DNA of 64,000 nucleotides from an uncultured Alphaproteobacteria bacterium (GCA_944391705.1 CALXUN010000004.1:13126-77125); one strand, 5' to 3'; counted from the first letter of the stretch, positions 48,874 through 59,417 are shown. Program-made: numbers and translations. The notes: a model not told the origin generated them from the sequence alone.

Positions 48874-49635
48874 ATGAAAAAATTAGCTGCACTTTTGTCC
48901 CTTTCCATGTTATCGGCTTGTATGTACGCCGGCGAGATGGATATTTTTCACGGCCGCAACAAATTTTTCCAGATTTGGCAGACCGAAGAAATTTTTTATT
49001 ACGACACCAAATCCGGCGATGAATATTTAACCGAAAGCAAAACCATTACCGAAGACAGTATTGAACGCAATCAGGTATTAATTACCAAAGTGGGCGGTAT
49101 TATGGCATTCAGCCGCACGCATCGTACGGATTTTTACGGCTCGGAAACCTTAACCGTTAATAAAGACGCCGTCATGAGTTCCAGCTATTCTCCGCTGTAT
49201 ATTAAAAAGAACAACAAGTTTGAGCCTTTCGGCGAAACAACCTTTAACGGTGAAAAATATATGCTGGTTAAACAAGGCAAAAGCGGCGATGTGTTGATGA
49301 TTAACGGCAACGGCGAATTATTTGACCGGATCGGACGCGTCGTTGACGGACGTCTGGCCGTTTTGGATATAACATTCTTTGTTGAGCCTGAAGATGTCCT
49401 GTTTACCCCGGTTGTCAACACCCGTTCGGAAAACACTGAAGTAATGGACGGCTGGGAGCTTCGTTATGACGGCATTGTCAATAACTATATGCGCTTTACT
49501 TATTCAACACTTGGTGAAAACGGACAGGCGGAAGAGTTTATTTTCCCGACCGGACAGCAGACCATTATTATTAATGATTTACGCATTAATGTCATTGAAG
49601 CCGGATATAACAAAATAGAATATGTTATTTTGTAA
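48874..49635 (+). CDS. Hypothetical lipoprotein/secreted protein (253 aa)
   Basis: Signal peptide with lipobox-like LSAC; no family recognized; terminator downstream. Confidence 0.4.
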   Translation: MKKLAALLSLSMLSACMYAGEMDIFHGRNKFFQIWQTEEIFYYDTKSGDEYLTESKTITEDSIERNQVLITKVGGIMAFSRTHRTDFYGSETLTVNKDAVMSSSYSPLYIKKNNKFEPFGETTFNGEKYMLVKQGKSGDVLMINGNGELFDRIGRVVDGRLAVLDITFFVEPEDVLFTPVVNTRSENTEVMDGWELRYDGIVNNYMRFTYSTLGENGQAEEFIFPTGQQTIIINDLRINVIEAGYNKIEYVIL

Positions 49636-49745
49636 TATGCGACATATCAATTTCAGGCGCTCTCACCGGGCGCCTTTTTTATACTTATGTGTTAATTTAA
49701 AAGGGCGGTCTTCCGACTATATATAAAATCAACAGGGAGGATGCC

Positions 49746-50057
49746 ATGAGATTTATTAAACCTAAAGATTTAAATCGTAATTCTTTAATTTTAGATGTTC
49801 GCGATGAAGACGAATATGAAAAAGAAAGCCTGGCCTTTCCGCATATTTTTCAACCTTTAAAAACATTAAAACCGGAAATTTTCATCAAAGAACATCACCT
49901 CGACGGAGAGCAGACCATCAACATCATTTGTTCTTCCGGAGGCCGTTCTTCCCAAGCCGCGCAAATGTTCGAAAAAAGCGGATATGATAACGTGGCAATC
50001 GTCATCGGCGGCATTATTGAAGCCGATTATGAAGGACTGCCGATTGTGCGTCACTAA
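49746..50057 (+). CDS. Rhodanese-like domain protein
   Basis: 103 aa with active-site CSSGGRS loop. Confidence 0.7.
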   Translation: MRFIKPKDLNRNSLILDVRDEDEYEKESLAFPHIFQPLKTLKPEIFIKEHHLDGEQTINIICSSGGRSSQAAQMFEKSGYDNVAIVIGGIIEADYEGLPIVRH

Positions 50058-50117
50058 AAAAACATTTGAGTTATAAAGACTTTTATGCTAGCCCTTGAAA
50101 TTAAAGGAGAAAGCATA

Positions 50118-50741
50118 ATGCCAAACTGGGATGAAGAAAATAAATATTCCGGCCTGATTGCCGGCATTGACGAAGCAGGCCGCGGCCCTTGGGCAGGACC
50201 GGTCGTTGCCGGTGCCGTTATCTTTTATACCCAAGACATTAATCCCTGTTTGTTAAATTCGCTCAACGATTCTAAAAAGCTGTCGGCAAAGAAGCGGGAA
50301 GAATTGTATGCTCTGATAGAACAAGAGGCCGGCTATGGACATTTAAGTTACGGCATCGGTGAAGCCTCGGCCGCAGAAATTGACCGGTTAAACATCTTAC
50401 AGGCAACTTTTTTAGCCATGCGTCGTGCTCTGGAAAAATTGCCGCGACGGCCGGATATTGCCATAATTGACGGCAATCGCAATCCTAAAGATTTTCCCTG
50501 TCCGTCAACAACCGTTATCAAAGGCGATGCCAAGTCTTATTCCGTTGCCGCCGCTTCAATTATGGCAAAAGTTTATCGTGACCGCTTTATGAGCAGTCTG
50601 GCTCAAATTTATCCCGGTTACGGATTCGAAAAAAATGCCGGCTATGGCACCAAAGCCCATATTGAAGGCTTAAAAAAGCTCGGTATTACGCCGGAACACC
50701 GTAAAACATACCGCCCGATAGCCGAATTGTTAAAACCATAA
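50118..50741 (+). CDS. rnhB: Ribonuclease HII
   Basis: GIDEAGRGP and DSK motifs. ATG 50118 has a GGAG RBS; the track ORF begins earlier, at 50085. Confidence 0.9.
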   Translation: MPNWDEENKYSGLIAGIDEAGRGPWAGPVVAGAVIFYTQDINPCLLNSLNDSKKLSAKKREELYALIEQEAGYGHLSYGIGEASAAEIDRLNILQATFLAMRRALEKLPRRPDIAIIDGNRNPKDFPCPSTTVIKGDAKSYSVAAASIMAKVYRDRFMSSLAQIYPGYGFEKNAGYGTKAHIEGLKKLGITPEHRKTYRPIAELLKP

Positions 50742-51100
50742 ACATATAGGCTTTCAAACTTCAGGTATTTTATTTGCCACAATGGTAAAATATTGTCATT
50801 CCGGTAAAACACCTTTCTCCTGTCAAGCCTTAAGAGGGAGTGAAACAACCGAGTACCAGCATCCACCCTCCCTGTCATGCCTACGAAACAGTGCAGCTGT
50901 TGAGTATCAGGCATCCACAAATTTCTGGACCCCTGGTATTCGCGGATAAATCCGCTCATAGGGGTGACTGTGTATGTGCAGGCAGTCAGTGACCTTTTCC
51001 CCGCCCGGAGAATCTTTAAAGTTGCAAAAAAAAAAACGGTTTAGAATGACGCGTAAATCGTATTTGTTTTCTTTTCTTTGTAACTTGGGAGGGGTTTTAT

Positions 51101-51847
51101 ATGCATCTTAATCTGTCCGGCCGGTCATTCTTATGCAGAGTGTTGCAGATACGACGTAATTTTGCAACGACGTGTACACAAAAAAGCACACAAGGAGCAA
51201 AATTACAAGCAGATGCGACTTTATGCGGGAGAAGTATGGTGGAAATGCTTGGTGTGCTCGCCATCATCGGTGTCTTATCGGTCGGCGCTATCGCCGGTTA
51301 TTCTAAAGCCATGTTTAAATATAAACTCAACAAGCAGGCAGAACAATTAAATACGGTTTTTAACGCTGTCGCAAGGAATGTTCATTCTTTTGATAACTTG
51401 TCAAAAACTATGGATATTACAAATTATTTTATCAAATTGAATGAATTTCCGCTCGAAATGATAAAAAATGACAACAGTCGCATTTACGATATTTTTGATA
51501 CACCGATATCTATTGAATACGGCGTTTTTGCATTATACACCAGGTTAATTGTTAGTCTTACGCCAAATTTAGATGTCAAAAGTACCGAAAACCTGGAAAT
51601 TTGTCATAACATTTTAAAAATAGCCAAAGAAAACGCTGGAAACATTCATCATCTTTCCATCGTTGGCAACTACGGTCAAGAGGAACAAAGTTATTTAACC
51701 GTTTACGGAGATGCTTATATAACTAAAGGAAATTTATCTTTTAAAGAACTAACCTTAGATAACATATACAACTTATGTACATCTGTAATAGAAAAAGAAA
51801 ATCCGCATATAAAAGTCATATGGCACAGTAAAGGAAACACCCTGTAA
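51101..51847 (+). CDS. Type IV pilin/pseudopilin-like N-terminal-domain protein (orphan)
   Basis: The segment G-RSMVEML-GVLAIIGVLSVGAIAGY matches the prepilin consensus G|FTL(I/V)E(L/M)L with Glu at +5. The strong GGGAGGGG RBS before ATG 51101 implies an unusually long, basic 44-aa leader; the alternative start at 51236 would give no leader. Confidence 0.45.
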   Translation: MHLNLSGRSFLCRVLQIRRNFATTCTQKSTQGAKLQADATLCGRSMVEMLGVLAIIGVLSVGAIAGYSKAMFKYKLNKQAEQLNTVFNAVARNVHSFDNLSKTMDITNYFIKLNEFPLEMIKNDNSRIYDIFDTPISIEYGVFALYTRLIVSLTPNLDVKSTENLEICHNILKIAKENAGNIHHLSIVGNYGQEEQSYLTVYGDAYITKGNLSFKELTLDNIYNLCTSVIEKENPHIKVIWHSKGNTL

Positions 51848-51871
51848 CAGGTGTTTCCTTCAATGAAAATC

Positions 51872-53293
51872 TTACGGTATCCGAATGGTATGCAGCATAT
51901 TGGTCATACCGCGGCGCGCCAACGGAAAACCGGCGGTTGAAATAATATAATCGCCTGATTTTCCCAAACCGCATTGTTTAACATATTTAATGGCAATTTC
52001 TTCAATCAAATCAAAACTTAAGAACACATCTTTGTTAATAAAGCTGCGCACACCCCAGACAATGCCCATCTGTCTGGCAACCGTTTCGCTTGGTGTTATG
52101 GCCACAATTGGCAAATCAGGCCTCTCTTTAGCCATGGAAAATGTTGTAAAACCGGAAGCCGTAAAAGTAACAATTGCCGCAACATCAGGTAAAACCTGCG
52201 ATAATTCACTTGCCGCATATGTAATCCCTTGCGATTCGCTTTCACAGATATCTTTATGATTATTTGCCATACAATTGTAAAAATTCGGATCATGTTCGAC
52301 CTGTTCAATAATTTTATGCATCATTTGAACCGTTTCCGCCGGATATTGCCCGACAGCCGTTTCGGCTGAAAGCATAACCGTATCTGCCCCGTCATACACG
52401 GCCGTTGCAACATCGGAAACTTCTGCCCTGGTTGGCGTCGGCGCACCAATCATCGATTCCAACATCTGGGTAGCCACAATCACCGGTTTGGCATATTTGC
52501 GGCACATGGCAACAATCCGTTTTTGCAAAACCGGAACTGTCTGAATCGGGCATTCCACGCCCAAATCACCACGTGCAACCATAATACCGTCGGATAAGCG
52601 GACAACATCTTCCAGCTCATCAATTGCGCTCGGCTTTTCAAGCTTTGAAATAATCAGTGCCCGACCTTTTACCAAATCGCGCGCTTCCTGCACATCAGAT
52701 GCTTTTTGCACAAACGAAAGGCTGATCCAGTCTACACCCAAATCAAGCGCAAAGGCCAGATCATCTTTGTCTTTTTCGGTCAAAGCTGAAATCGGCAGGG
52801 TAATATTTGGCAGGTTAACACCTTTATGATCGGAAAGCATACCGCCGACTTTAACTTTTGTAACCGCATGTCCGGCATCACATTCCTCAACCTCTAAAGC
52901 AATATTTCCGTCATTTAGGAGCAAAACATCACCAGGTTTGACAGCAGCAAAAATTTCTTTATGTGGCAGATTAACCCTGGTTTCATCGCCGGCAGTTTCA
53001 TCTAAGTCCAAAACAAACTTTTGTCCGGTTTTAAGCATAACTTTGCCGTCTTTAAAATGCCCGACCCGCAGTTTCGGCCCCTGCATGTCGGCAATCACCG
53101 CAATATGACGACCTTTCGATTCGGAAATCCGGCGAACGACATTATAACGCTCGGCATGCTCTTCATGCGTTCCGTGCGAAAAATTAAACCGAAAAGCATC
53201 CACCCCGGCATCCACCAGCTTTTCAAGCATTTCCTTGGTTGCTGTGGCCGGACCGACGGTGGCCAAAATTTTGGTATGTGTATTTTCTGGCAT
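51872..53293 (-). CDS. pyk: Pyruvate kinase
   Basis: 473 aa with KILATVGPA N-terminus and MVARGDLG motif. Confidence 0.9.
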   Translation of the reverse strand: MPENTHTKILATVGPATATKEMLEKLVDAGVDAFRFNFSHGTHEEHAERYNVVRRISESKGRHIAVIADMQGPKLRVGHFKDGKVMLKTGQKFVLDLDETAGDETRVNLPHKEIFAAVKPGDVLLLNDGNIALEVEECDAGHAVTKVKVGGMLSDHKGVNLPNITLPISALTEKDKDDLAFALDLGVDWISLSFVQKASDVQEARDLVKGRALIISKLEKPSAIDELEDVVRLSDGIMVARGDLGVECPIQTVPVLQKRIVAMCRKYAKPVIVATQMLESMIGAPTPTRAEVSDVATAVYDGADTVMLSAETAVGQYPAETVQMMHKIIEQVEHDPNFYNCMANNHKDICESESQGITYAASELSQVLPDVAAIVTFTASGFTTFSMAKERPDLPIVAITPSETVARQMGIVWGVRSFINKDVFLSFDLIEEIAIKYVKQCGLGKSGDYIISTAGFPLARRGMTNMLHTIRIP

Positions 53294-53421
53294 ATTTTCC
53301 CTCTTCTAATTGTTGCTTTGTTATACCATATATAACAAAAATTATGACTTGTAAAATATAATCAATTTTGTTAACTTCTTAAACAACAAAATTTTTAATA
53401 TTTAACTAAAGGAGGGTTAAA

Positions 53422-53664
53422 ATGGCCGAAGTAGGCGGAATTGCCACTGACAGACTGCGTTCTTTAATTGAACGCATTGAAAAGCTTGAAGAAGACAAAA
53501 AAGAAATTTCAACCGATATTCGCGAAGTATTTGCCGAAGCCAAAAGTGCCGGCTTTGACGTTAAAGTCATGCGCGCCATTTTAAAATTGCGCAAAATGAA
53601 CGCCGCTGACCGCGATGAGCAGGAGTTTTTATTGGAAACTTACCGCAAAGCACTGGATATGTAA
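53422..53664 (+). CDS. gapR: GapR / DUF2312-family DNA-binding protein
   Basis: 80 aa (RLRSLIERIEKLEEDKKEISTDIREVFAEAKSAGFDVKVMRAIL...), characteristic of the alphaproteobacterial DUF2312 family. Confidence 0.8.
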   Translation: MAEVGGIATDRLRSLIERIEKLEEDKKEISTDIREVFAEAKSAGFDVKVMRAILKLRKMNAADRDEQEFLLETYRKALDM

Positions 53665-53704
53665 TCTGACAGACCAATCACCCCTGATAATTCAGGGGTG
53701 ATTG

Positions 53705-54409
53705 TTATTCTCGTTCATTTTCCGGCCGGATACTTGAAGGTGTCTTTTTTTCTTTAATTTTCTCTGATACCCGTATGGTATCGCTTTCTCTTGACTGACG
53801 GACAATCTCTTTCATTTTTTGTATATTCTCAAGCATACCCGCATTACCATATTCCAATGCCGCTTCCTTATATTTTTCCCGCAGATATATATCACCGTAC
53901 GCTGCTATTAATTCAGGAGGTTCACGACGCCCGCCGTTGGCATTGGAATAAAAACTCCACCCGTCCACAAACGGTTTGATAATATCGAAATTTTGTTCTG
54001 TTTTATCCATTTGCCGCAACACATCTATCGGCATATAACGCCCGTTTTCACCGCCGTTTAAAAAACGCTCCATCGCCCGCCGACCGGCCGCACGCATCGG
54101 CAAAAACATATAATGCGCCTCCACTTTATAGCCGTCCTCGTGAAACTCACGTATCCGGCGTAAAACACTGTCGGCTTTTCCCATTGTGGTTTCTATCACA
54201 ACATTTAAGCGGTTTTCTTTACACAATTGCACACATTGTTCCAAAATATCACCGCTTTCTTCATGCACTTCCTCGGCATTCCAACCTTTATATTCCGGCA
54301 ACATCGCTTTTATTTCATCGGCATCCAGCACAATAAAGCTATCATCATATACCAACCCGCGAAACCCAGATGTCTTACCGCTGCCCGGACGACCACCCAA
54401 CACAATCAT
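53705..54409 (-). CDS. Zeta-toxin-family P-loop kinase
   Basis: Walker A GGRPGSGKT, LDADE (catalytic Asp region), VIETTMGK and RAAGRRAMER align to zeta/PezT UNAG-kinase motifs. ATG 54409 overlaps the upstream stop (TAATG). Confidence 0.55.
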   Translation of the reverse strand: MIVLGGRPGSGKTSGFRGLVYDDSFIVLDADEIKAMLPEYKGWNAEEVHEESGDILEQCVQLCKENRLNVVIETTMGKADSVLRRIREFHEDGYKVEAHYMFLPMRAAGRRAMERFLNGGENGRYMPIDVLRQMDKTEQNFDIIKPFVDGWSFYSNANGGRREPPELIAAYGDIYLREKYKEAALEYGNAGMLENIQKMKEIVRQSRESDTIRVSEKIKEKKTPSSIRPENERE

Positions 54410-54738
54410 TACGCGTGGTTGTTCTGTACGCATTTTAGAAGTTGCTCAGTTAATAACAATTTCTTTAATAATCTTCTCATGTAACGCTTCTCGTTCTTCG
54501 GTATACACCGCCGTTTTTTCTCACCGCTTAAACGGTATTTGTCAATCGTCATCCCTAAATGACTGATTTTGTTTTCAACTTCTTCTACTTTCTCTTTAAT
54601 TTCTTCCGACGTATAATGAATTCCCTGCCGGCTGACATAGCCATCCATCTCGGCAATGATGCCATCCAAAGTAACATCACCGTCATTGTGGGTCAAAAAA
54701 TATTCATATCCCGAAAACAGCCGGCCGTCTTTATCCAT
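54409..54738 (-). CDS. Hypothetical protein (109 aa), translationally coupled upstream partner of the zeta-like kinase (candidate antitoxin)
   Basis: Stop/start overlap TAATG with the kinase gene; acidic N-terminal half. Confidence 0.4.
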   Translation of the reverse strand: MDKDGRLFSGYEYFLTHNDGDVTLDGIIAEMDGYVSRQGIHYTSEEIKEKVEEVENKISHLGMTIDKYRLSGEKKRRCIPKNEKRYMRRLLKKLLLTEQLLKCVQNNHA

Positions 54739-54760
54739 TTTATCCCGTCCTTTTAAGATT

Positions 54761-55009
54761 TTATTTGCCCTGTTCCTGCGCTTTCTTTATTTCAGCTAAA
54801 CGGGCTTTTACCATTTTATCCATTTTACGCATGAACGGCGTCATCTCCGGATCTTCCGGGCCGTCGTAATCCCCGAATTCATAAACATTGCGACGGTAGC
54901 GTTCTTCCCAATATTCTCTTTTCCGCTGTTCCAGTTCGGCTATCTTTTTTTGTTTTTCTTCTTCGCTTAAACTAATCAGCTCTTCTTCGTTTAACTTCGG
55001 CTCTTTCAT
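54761..55009 (-). CDS. Hypothetical coiled-coil protein (82 aa)
   Basis: Charged helical sequence; first gene of the putative three-gene minus-strand operon. Confidence 0.35.
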   Translation of the reverse strand: MKEPKLNEEELISLSEEEKQKKIAELEQRKREYWEERYRRNVYEFGDYDGPEDPEMTPFMRKMDKMVKARLAEIKKAQEQGK

Positions 55010-55136
55010 AACTTTACTCCTTTGGATTACAGAGTATATATTTTTTCTTTATCATATAGCTCATATTTTGTCAATCTCAGACCTACAACCACAAAAAGGA
55101 TTCTCCGGTAAGGAGAATCCTTTTTTATCACTTTGT

Positions 55137-55637
55137 TTACGATGCCTGTTGCTGAATCATATAGTCTATATAGACACTTTTAAGGTTTTGAAATTCCAGG
55201 CTTTCGTTCAAGAGTTGTTCGCTCTCATCTCCAAGCTCTTTAAATTTTCTCAGCCAGGCCAGCATCAAATCTTTGTCTTTGCGCTGCAGCATCGCCATTT
55301 CCACCGCATCGCCCGGCATATGACACAAACACTCAAGCACCCTGCGGCAGGCGGCATCCGATCCTTTCTCAAAAACCCATCTAAGGTTTTCCTCAAAAAA
55401 ACCCCAGTTGTCATGTGACAACTTTAACAGTTCTGCCGAACCTGTAATCATCAGGCACTTTTCAGCTGCCGGCGACGGCCACATGGATTTAAGATATTCG
55501 GCTTTCCAGTTTTCCGGAGCTTTTTTAAAAAACTCAGCCTCTTCCGTTTCACTGACTGTACCGACATCTATCCGGAGAAATTTCTGAAATTCTGCCCAAT
55601 CGTTAGCTTTGAGCAGATTAAGCAATTTTCTTTCCAT
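55137..55637 (-). CDS. Hypothetical protein (166 aa)
   Basis: ORF with terminator-like hairpin downstream (aggattctccttaccggagaatcct at 55092..55125). Confidence 0.4.
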   Translation of the reverse strand: MERKLLNLLKANDWAEFQKFLRIDVGTVSETEEAEFFKKAPENWKAEYLKSMWPSPAAEKCLMITGSAELLKLSHDNWGFFEENLRWVFEKGSDAACRRVLECLCHMPGDAVEMAMLQRKDKDLMLAWLRKFKELGDESEQLLNESLEFQNLKSVYIDYMIQQQAS

Positions 55638-55741
55638 AATATATATTTTTTAAATTCAACAATAATTTATCTGTATTTATTTTTTTAACATTAGACAATA
55701 TATTTGTCAAACAAAATTTGTCAAATTTCGCAAAAAACGCC

Positions 55742-57229
55742 TTAAACTTTTACAATTCCGGTCGCCATGGCATAAACTGCAAACAAAGCAACCAAAACCA
55801 ATACGCCTGCCAAACAGCTTTCTTTGTGGCTGAACGGTTTTTCCTGCGGTGTATTCTGATGTCTGGCCCAGATATAAACCGGAATACCCAAAGAAACAAA
55901 AATTACAGCCATCAACAAATACTGCAACCCGGCGGCATAAATCAGCCATAAAGCATACAAAGAGCCGACCATACCGGACAAAAGCGCTGTTGAACGCCGG
56001 ACATAGCTTCCTTGAGGATATTCATGGTCTTCGCACATTTTCCATAAATAGGCACAGCTCATCAGATATGCCGGTAAAACCATAACGCTTGTAATGCTGA
56101 GCATGGTATTCCAGGCATTGCTTGAAAAATAAACAAGCAGCATAAACACCTGCATAAAAGCACTGGTAACCCACAAAGAAACCGAAGGCGAACCGTTTTC
56201 GTTTTCTTTGGCAAACTCTTTGGGGAAAGTTCCGTTTTCAGCGGCCGCCTGCGGAATTTGCGCCGTAACCATCGTCCAGGCAAGCCAGCTGGTTAAAACT
56301 GAAATAAGCAAGCCGATATTCATCAGCCAGGCACCCCAGCGTCCGACGATTTTTTCCAAAATCCCGGCAGTTGACGGATTGGCCACGGCTTCCAATTCGG
56401 CCTGCGTCATGTAACCGAAAGGCAATAGCGAGAGCAGAATATAAATAACCAGGCAGCCTAAAAAACCAAGCAGCGTTGCTTTGCCGACATCTTGCGGCGC
56501 TTTGGCATGCTTGGACATCACAACCGCACCTTCAATACCGATAAATGCCCACAAAGTTACCAGCATTGTACTTTTAATCTGGGTAGACAAACCGCCAAGC
56601 TTGGCCTTCGTTGCCAGATTTTCACCCCAGAAATCAAAACTGAATTTATCGCTTTTAAAAACAAACAGCAGAATAACAATAAACAACAACAACGGAACAA
56701 TTTTGCCGATGGTACCGATAAAATTGATGATTGTTGCCTGTTTGATGCCGCGCAGAACCAAAAAATTAAATCCCCAGATTAAGACAGAACCGCCGATAAT
56801 TGAAATCAGGTTGTTGCCGCCGGCAAAGTAAGGCGGAAAAAAGTAATTAAGTGCATCCATTGTAATCACGGCATAACCGACATTGCCGCAAATCTGACAC
56901 AACCAGTACGACCAGCCGATGGTAAAACCGGCATACGGACCAAACCCCACCCGGCTGTACATGTAGATACCGGCCGTCAAATCCGGTCGTACCTCGGATA
57001 ATATCCGGAAAGTATTGGCAATAAAATAAACCCCTATCCCGGTAATAATCCAGGCAAGTAAAACCGCACCTGCCGATGCGCCTGCCGCCATATTCTGCGG
57101 CAGACTGTATATACCGCCGCCAACCATGGAACTGACGACAATTGCCGCCAGTGCCACAACACCCAGCCCGGCAGACGGCTTTGAAGCCGCTGCCGGTGCG
57201 GATGAATTTGATTTTTTGCCTTTTATCAT
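55742..57229 (-). CDS. Basic amino acid/polyamine antiporter (arginine:agmatine antiporter, AaxC/AdiC-like)
   Basis: 495 aa APC-superfamily permease ([11 protein letters not shown], 12 TM), adjacent to a pyruvoyl arginine decarboxylase. Confidence 0.7.
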   Translation of the reverse strand: MIKGKKSNSSAPAAASKPSAGLGVVALAAIVVSSMVGGGIYSLPQNMAAGASAGAVLLAWIITGIGVYFIANTFRILSEVRPDLTAGIYMYSRVGFGPYAGFTIGWSYWLCQICGNVGYAVITMDALNYFFPPYFAGGNNLISIIGGSVLIWGFNFLVLRGIKQATIINFIGTIGKIVPLLLFIVILLFVFKSDKFSFDFWGENLATKAKLGGLSTQIKSTMLVTLWAFIGIEGAVVMSKHAKAPQDVGKATLLGFLGCLVIYILLSLLPFGYMTQAELEAVANPSTAGILEKIVGRWGAWLMNIGLLISVLTSWLAWTMVTAQIPQAAAENGTFPKEFAKENENGSPSVSLWVTSAFMQVFMLLVYFSSNAWNTMLSITSVMVLPAYLMSCAYLWKMCEDHEYPQGSYVRRSTALLSGMVGSLYALWLIYAAGLQYLLMAVIFVSLGIPVYIWARHQNTPQEKPFSHKESCLAGVLVLVALFAVYAMATGIVKV

Positions 57230-57247
57230 CTTTCCGCCCCGCTTTTA

Positions 57248-57832
57248 TTAACCGATTTTTGCCGGTTCGGCATATTCAAAATTTAAAAAGCCCAAACAGG
57301 TCAGGCTGTAACCAAACTGCTGGGTAATATTGAGATAATTGTGGAACATCTGAAATTCGCTGTGTTTCTCCACCCCACGGATTTCCAGTTCATGATTTAA
57401 GGATTTGTTAAGCCACATCCTTGCATGACCTTCGGCAATTTCATCATCAATATGCGTATCGAAAAACTCGACATATTCTGCCGCCCAGCCACCGATTAAT
57501 TCGCCGTTTTTATCCTTACCCCAGCAAATACCGACACCGGTGGCAATCGCCTTATGCTCATCGCGGTTGGCCCCGTGTCCGGCCATAATAACTTCTAAAA
57601 CGGCACCGTGCTTAAACTGATTGACAACTTTATCAACCGGCACGATATTTCCGTACAATTCTTTTGGCAATACTGAGGTATAAGGCACAACATTGAAGTT
57701 TTCGATTTTTGCCTGCATTAAGGCCGAATCATAACAAAAAGTTTCAAACGGCTGCGGCGGAATACCGTCATCTGCCTGTCCCACGCCGCCGGTTTGAAAC
57801 GCTAATGTCGGGTAACGAACACCTTGTGTCAT
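57248..57832 (-). CDS. Pyruvoyl-dependent arginine decarboxylase (AaxB/PdaD family)
   Basis: 194 aa; [11 protein letters not shown]-terminus and self-cleavage Thr52-Ser53 in the context NVVPYT|SVLP, as in characterized AaxB. Confidence 0.75.
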   Translation of the reverse strand: MTQGVRYPTLAFQTGGVGQADDGIPPQPFETFCYDSALMQAKIENFNVVPYTSVLPKELYGNIVPVDKVVNQFKHGAVLEVIMAGHGANRDEHKAIATGVGICWGKDKNGELIGGWAAEYVEFFDTHIDDEIAEGHARMWLNKSLNHELEIRGVEKHSEFQMFHNYLNITQQFGYSLTCLGFLNFEYAEPAKIG

Positions 57833-57948
57833 TGATTTTCTCCTTATAAAACAAAATTAAATTAAACCGTTTTCAAGGTAATCTTGTTTTAAGGAGTTTC
57901 AATTAACTTAAGCCCAAAGTTTTATGCCCGTTCATGATAAAAAAACAT

Positions 57949-58398
57949 CTAACCGGCTGCATTCCAAAGCATGGTATATTCTGCTTCTCCGGTATTTTTA
58001 TCCGTCTTTTCCGAAACAATTTTAAAACCTTCCCGTTGATAAAATCTGACCGCTTGTTCATTTTTTACATAAACATTCAAAAACAAACACCGGTGAAATT
58101 GCCCGGCATACTTTAAAAGCGCCCGCCCGACACCCATGGAACGAAAAATTTTTGCCACAAAAATTCCGGCGACATAATCACCTTTAAGACCGATAAAACC
58201 TTTCAATACATCATCTTCCTCATAAACATAAATTTCCGCCGACGGCAATTGCTGTTTAAGAACCAAAACGTTTTTTTCCCAATAAACGGGCGGAATAAAA
58301 GAGTGAGTTTCAATATTGCCGTTTAGCCAAATATTAATTATTTGTTCCGTATCACTGACTTCAAATTTTCGAATCATACATACCCTGTATATAAACAC
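57949..58398 (-). CDS. GNAT-family N-acetyltransferase
   Basis: 149 aa with RSMGVGRALL acetyl-CoA-binding motif. Confidence 0.7.
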   Translation of the reverse strand: MFIYRVCMIRKFEVSDTEQIINIWLNGNIETHSFIPPVYWEKNVLVLKQQLPSAEIYVYEEDDVLKGFIGLKGDYVAGIFVAKIFRSMGVGRALLKYAGQFHRCLFLNVYVKNEQAVRFYQREGFKIVSEKTDKNTGEAEYTMLWNAAG

Positions 58399-58482
58399 TT
58401 CTTAAGCAAACATTCTCTTTGAAAGATAATATTTAAATCATAAAAAAGGAAGCTTAAAAAGCTTCCTTTTTTACTTAATTTT

Positions 58483-59314
58483 TCAGCAGCCAATCCCTTG
58501 GATCTTTTTGTAGCGGATAAGAACAATCTTATCCACCAACTCGGACACTTTGGTAGCGTCGCTTATGCATCCGGGAGCATCGTTCATCTGTATTCCAAGA
58601 TTTTCCTCCAGCCAGAAAATCGGAAGATCCCAATCTCCTTTTGAGAACCCGGCCGGAACAACGGATTTAACTGCCATTTGCAGAAAATCATCGTCCTTAA
58701 CCTCATCTGAAACATCTGCCATCGCACGGTACACTGCAATTGTTTCCCGACGAAACCTCCCCAGGAGATGCTTAGGCTCTTCCAGTTCAACATATTTACG
58801 GCGCTTTGCCGTAATGACATCTGAACCATAAGAGAAATACTTGGCAATTTCCTCATAGGTAACATCATCCCCTAAGTATGCCAGCGGCGCATCAGCACCC
58901 GGCCACAACAAAGCCTTTCCGGTAGCGTCCTCCAATTTCTCCACCAGAGAAATCAGATACGGCCGGTCTATCAACGTGCCGCCGATAGTGGCTTTTTTCA
59001 CCCGTGATATCGGATAATCTATGGCTTGAGCGAAGAAATCAAGCAAATCGTCTGCTTGATAATCCCCGGCCAAATCAGATATCCATTGGCGGACAGTCGG
59101 TTTCGGGAACAGGCCTTTTTTCTTGGAAAGAGCGTACTTACGGCGAATGACGTCTCCGCATTCTTTTATGAACCTGCGCGACAAAGCAGAAACAGGTTGA
59201 CTCATTACCAACTGCTGGTACGAAATTTTATCCAGTTTCTTTTCAGCCTCTGCAAACAGTTCATCACTTTTGGCCAACTTCTTTGCAACATATAGTTGCA
59301 CTACCGAGATATTC
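58483..59314 (-). CDS. Hypothetical protein
   Basis: Track ORF 58483..59373; the first plausible start is MNISVVQ (59314). No family recognized. Confidence 0.4.
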
Positions 59315-59417
59315 ATAATATAATAAAATTTAAGTGAAACAATAATACTTATTACTCTTTGAAAATAGCACACGAATTCTCAACAATCAAGATTTATTTT
59401 TGACAAAATGGAAAAAA

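Noticed and set aside
50742-51100. Candidate tmRNA, RNase P RNA, SRP RNA or 6S RNA in the rnhB-pilin intergenic region
   Set aside because: I could not find the conserved cores by eye (GGAAAGUCCGG / AGGGUGAAA for RNase P, a tRNA-like GGUUCGAUUCC...CCA end for tmRNA, GGAAGCAGCC for SRP RNA). It is left as an unexplained structured region rather than being called an RNA gene.
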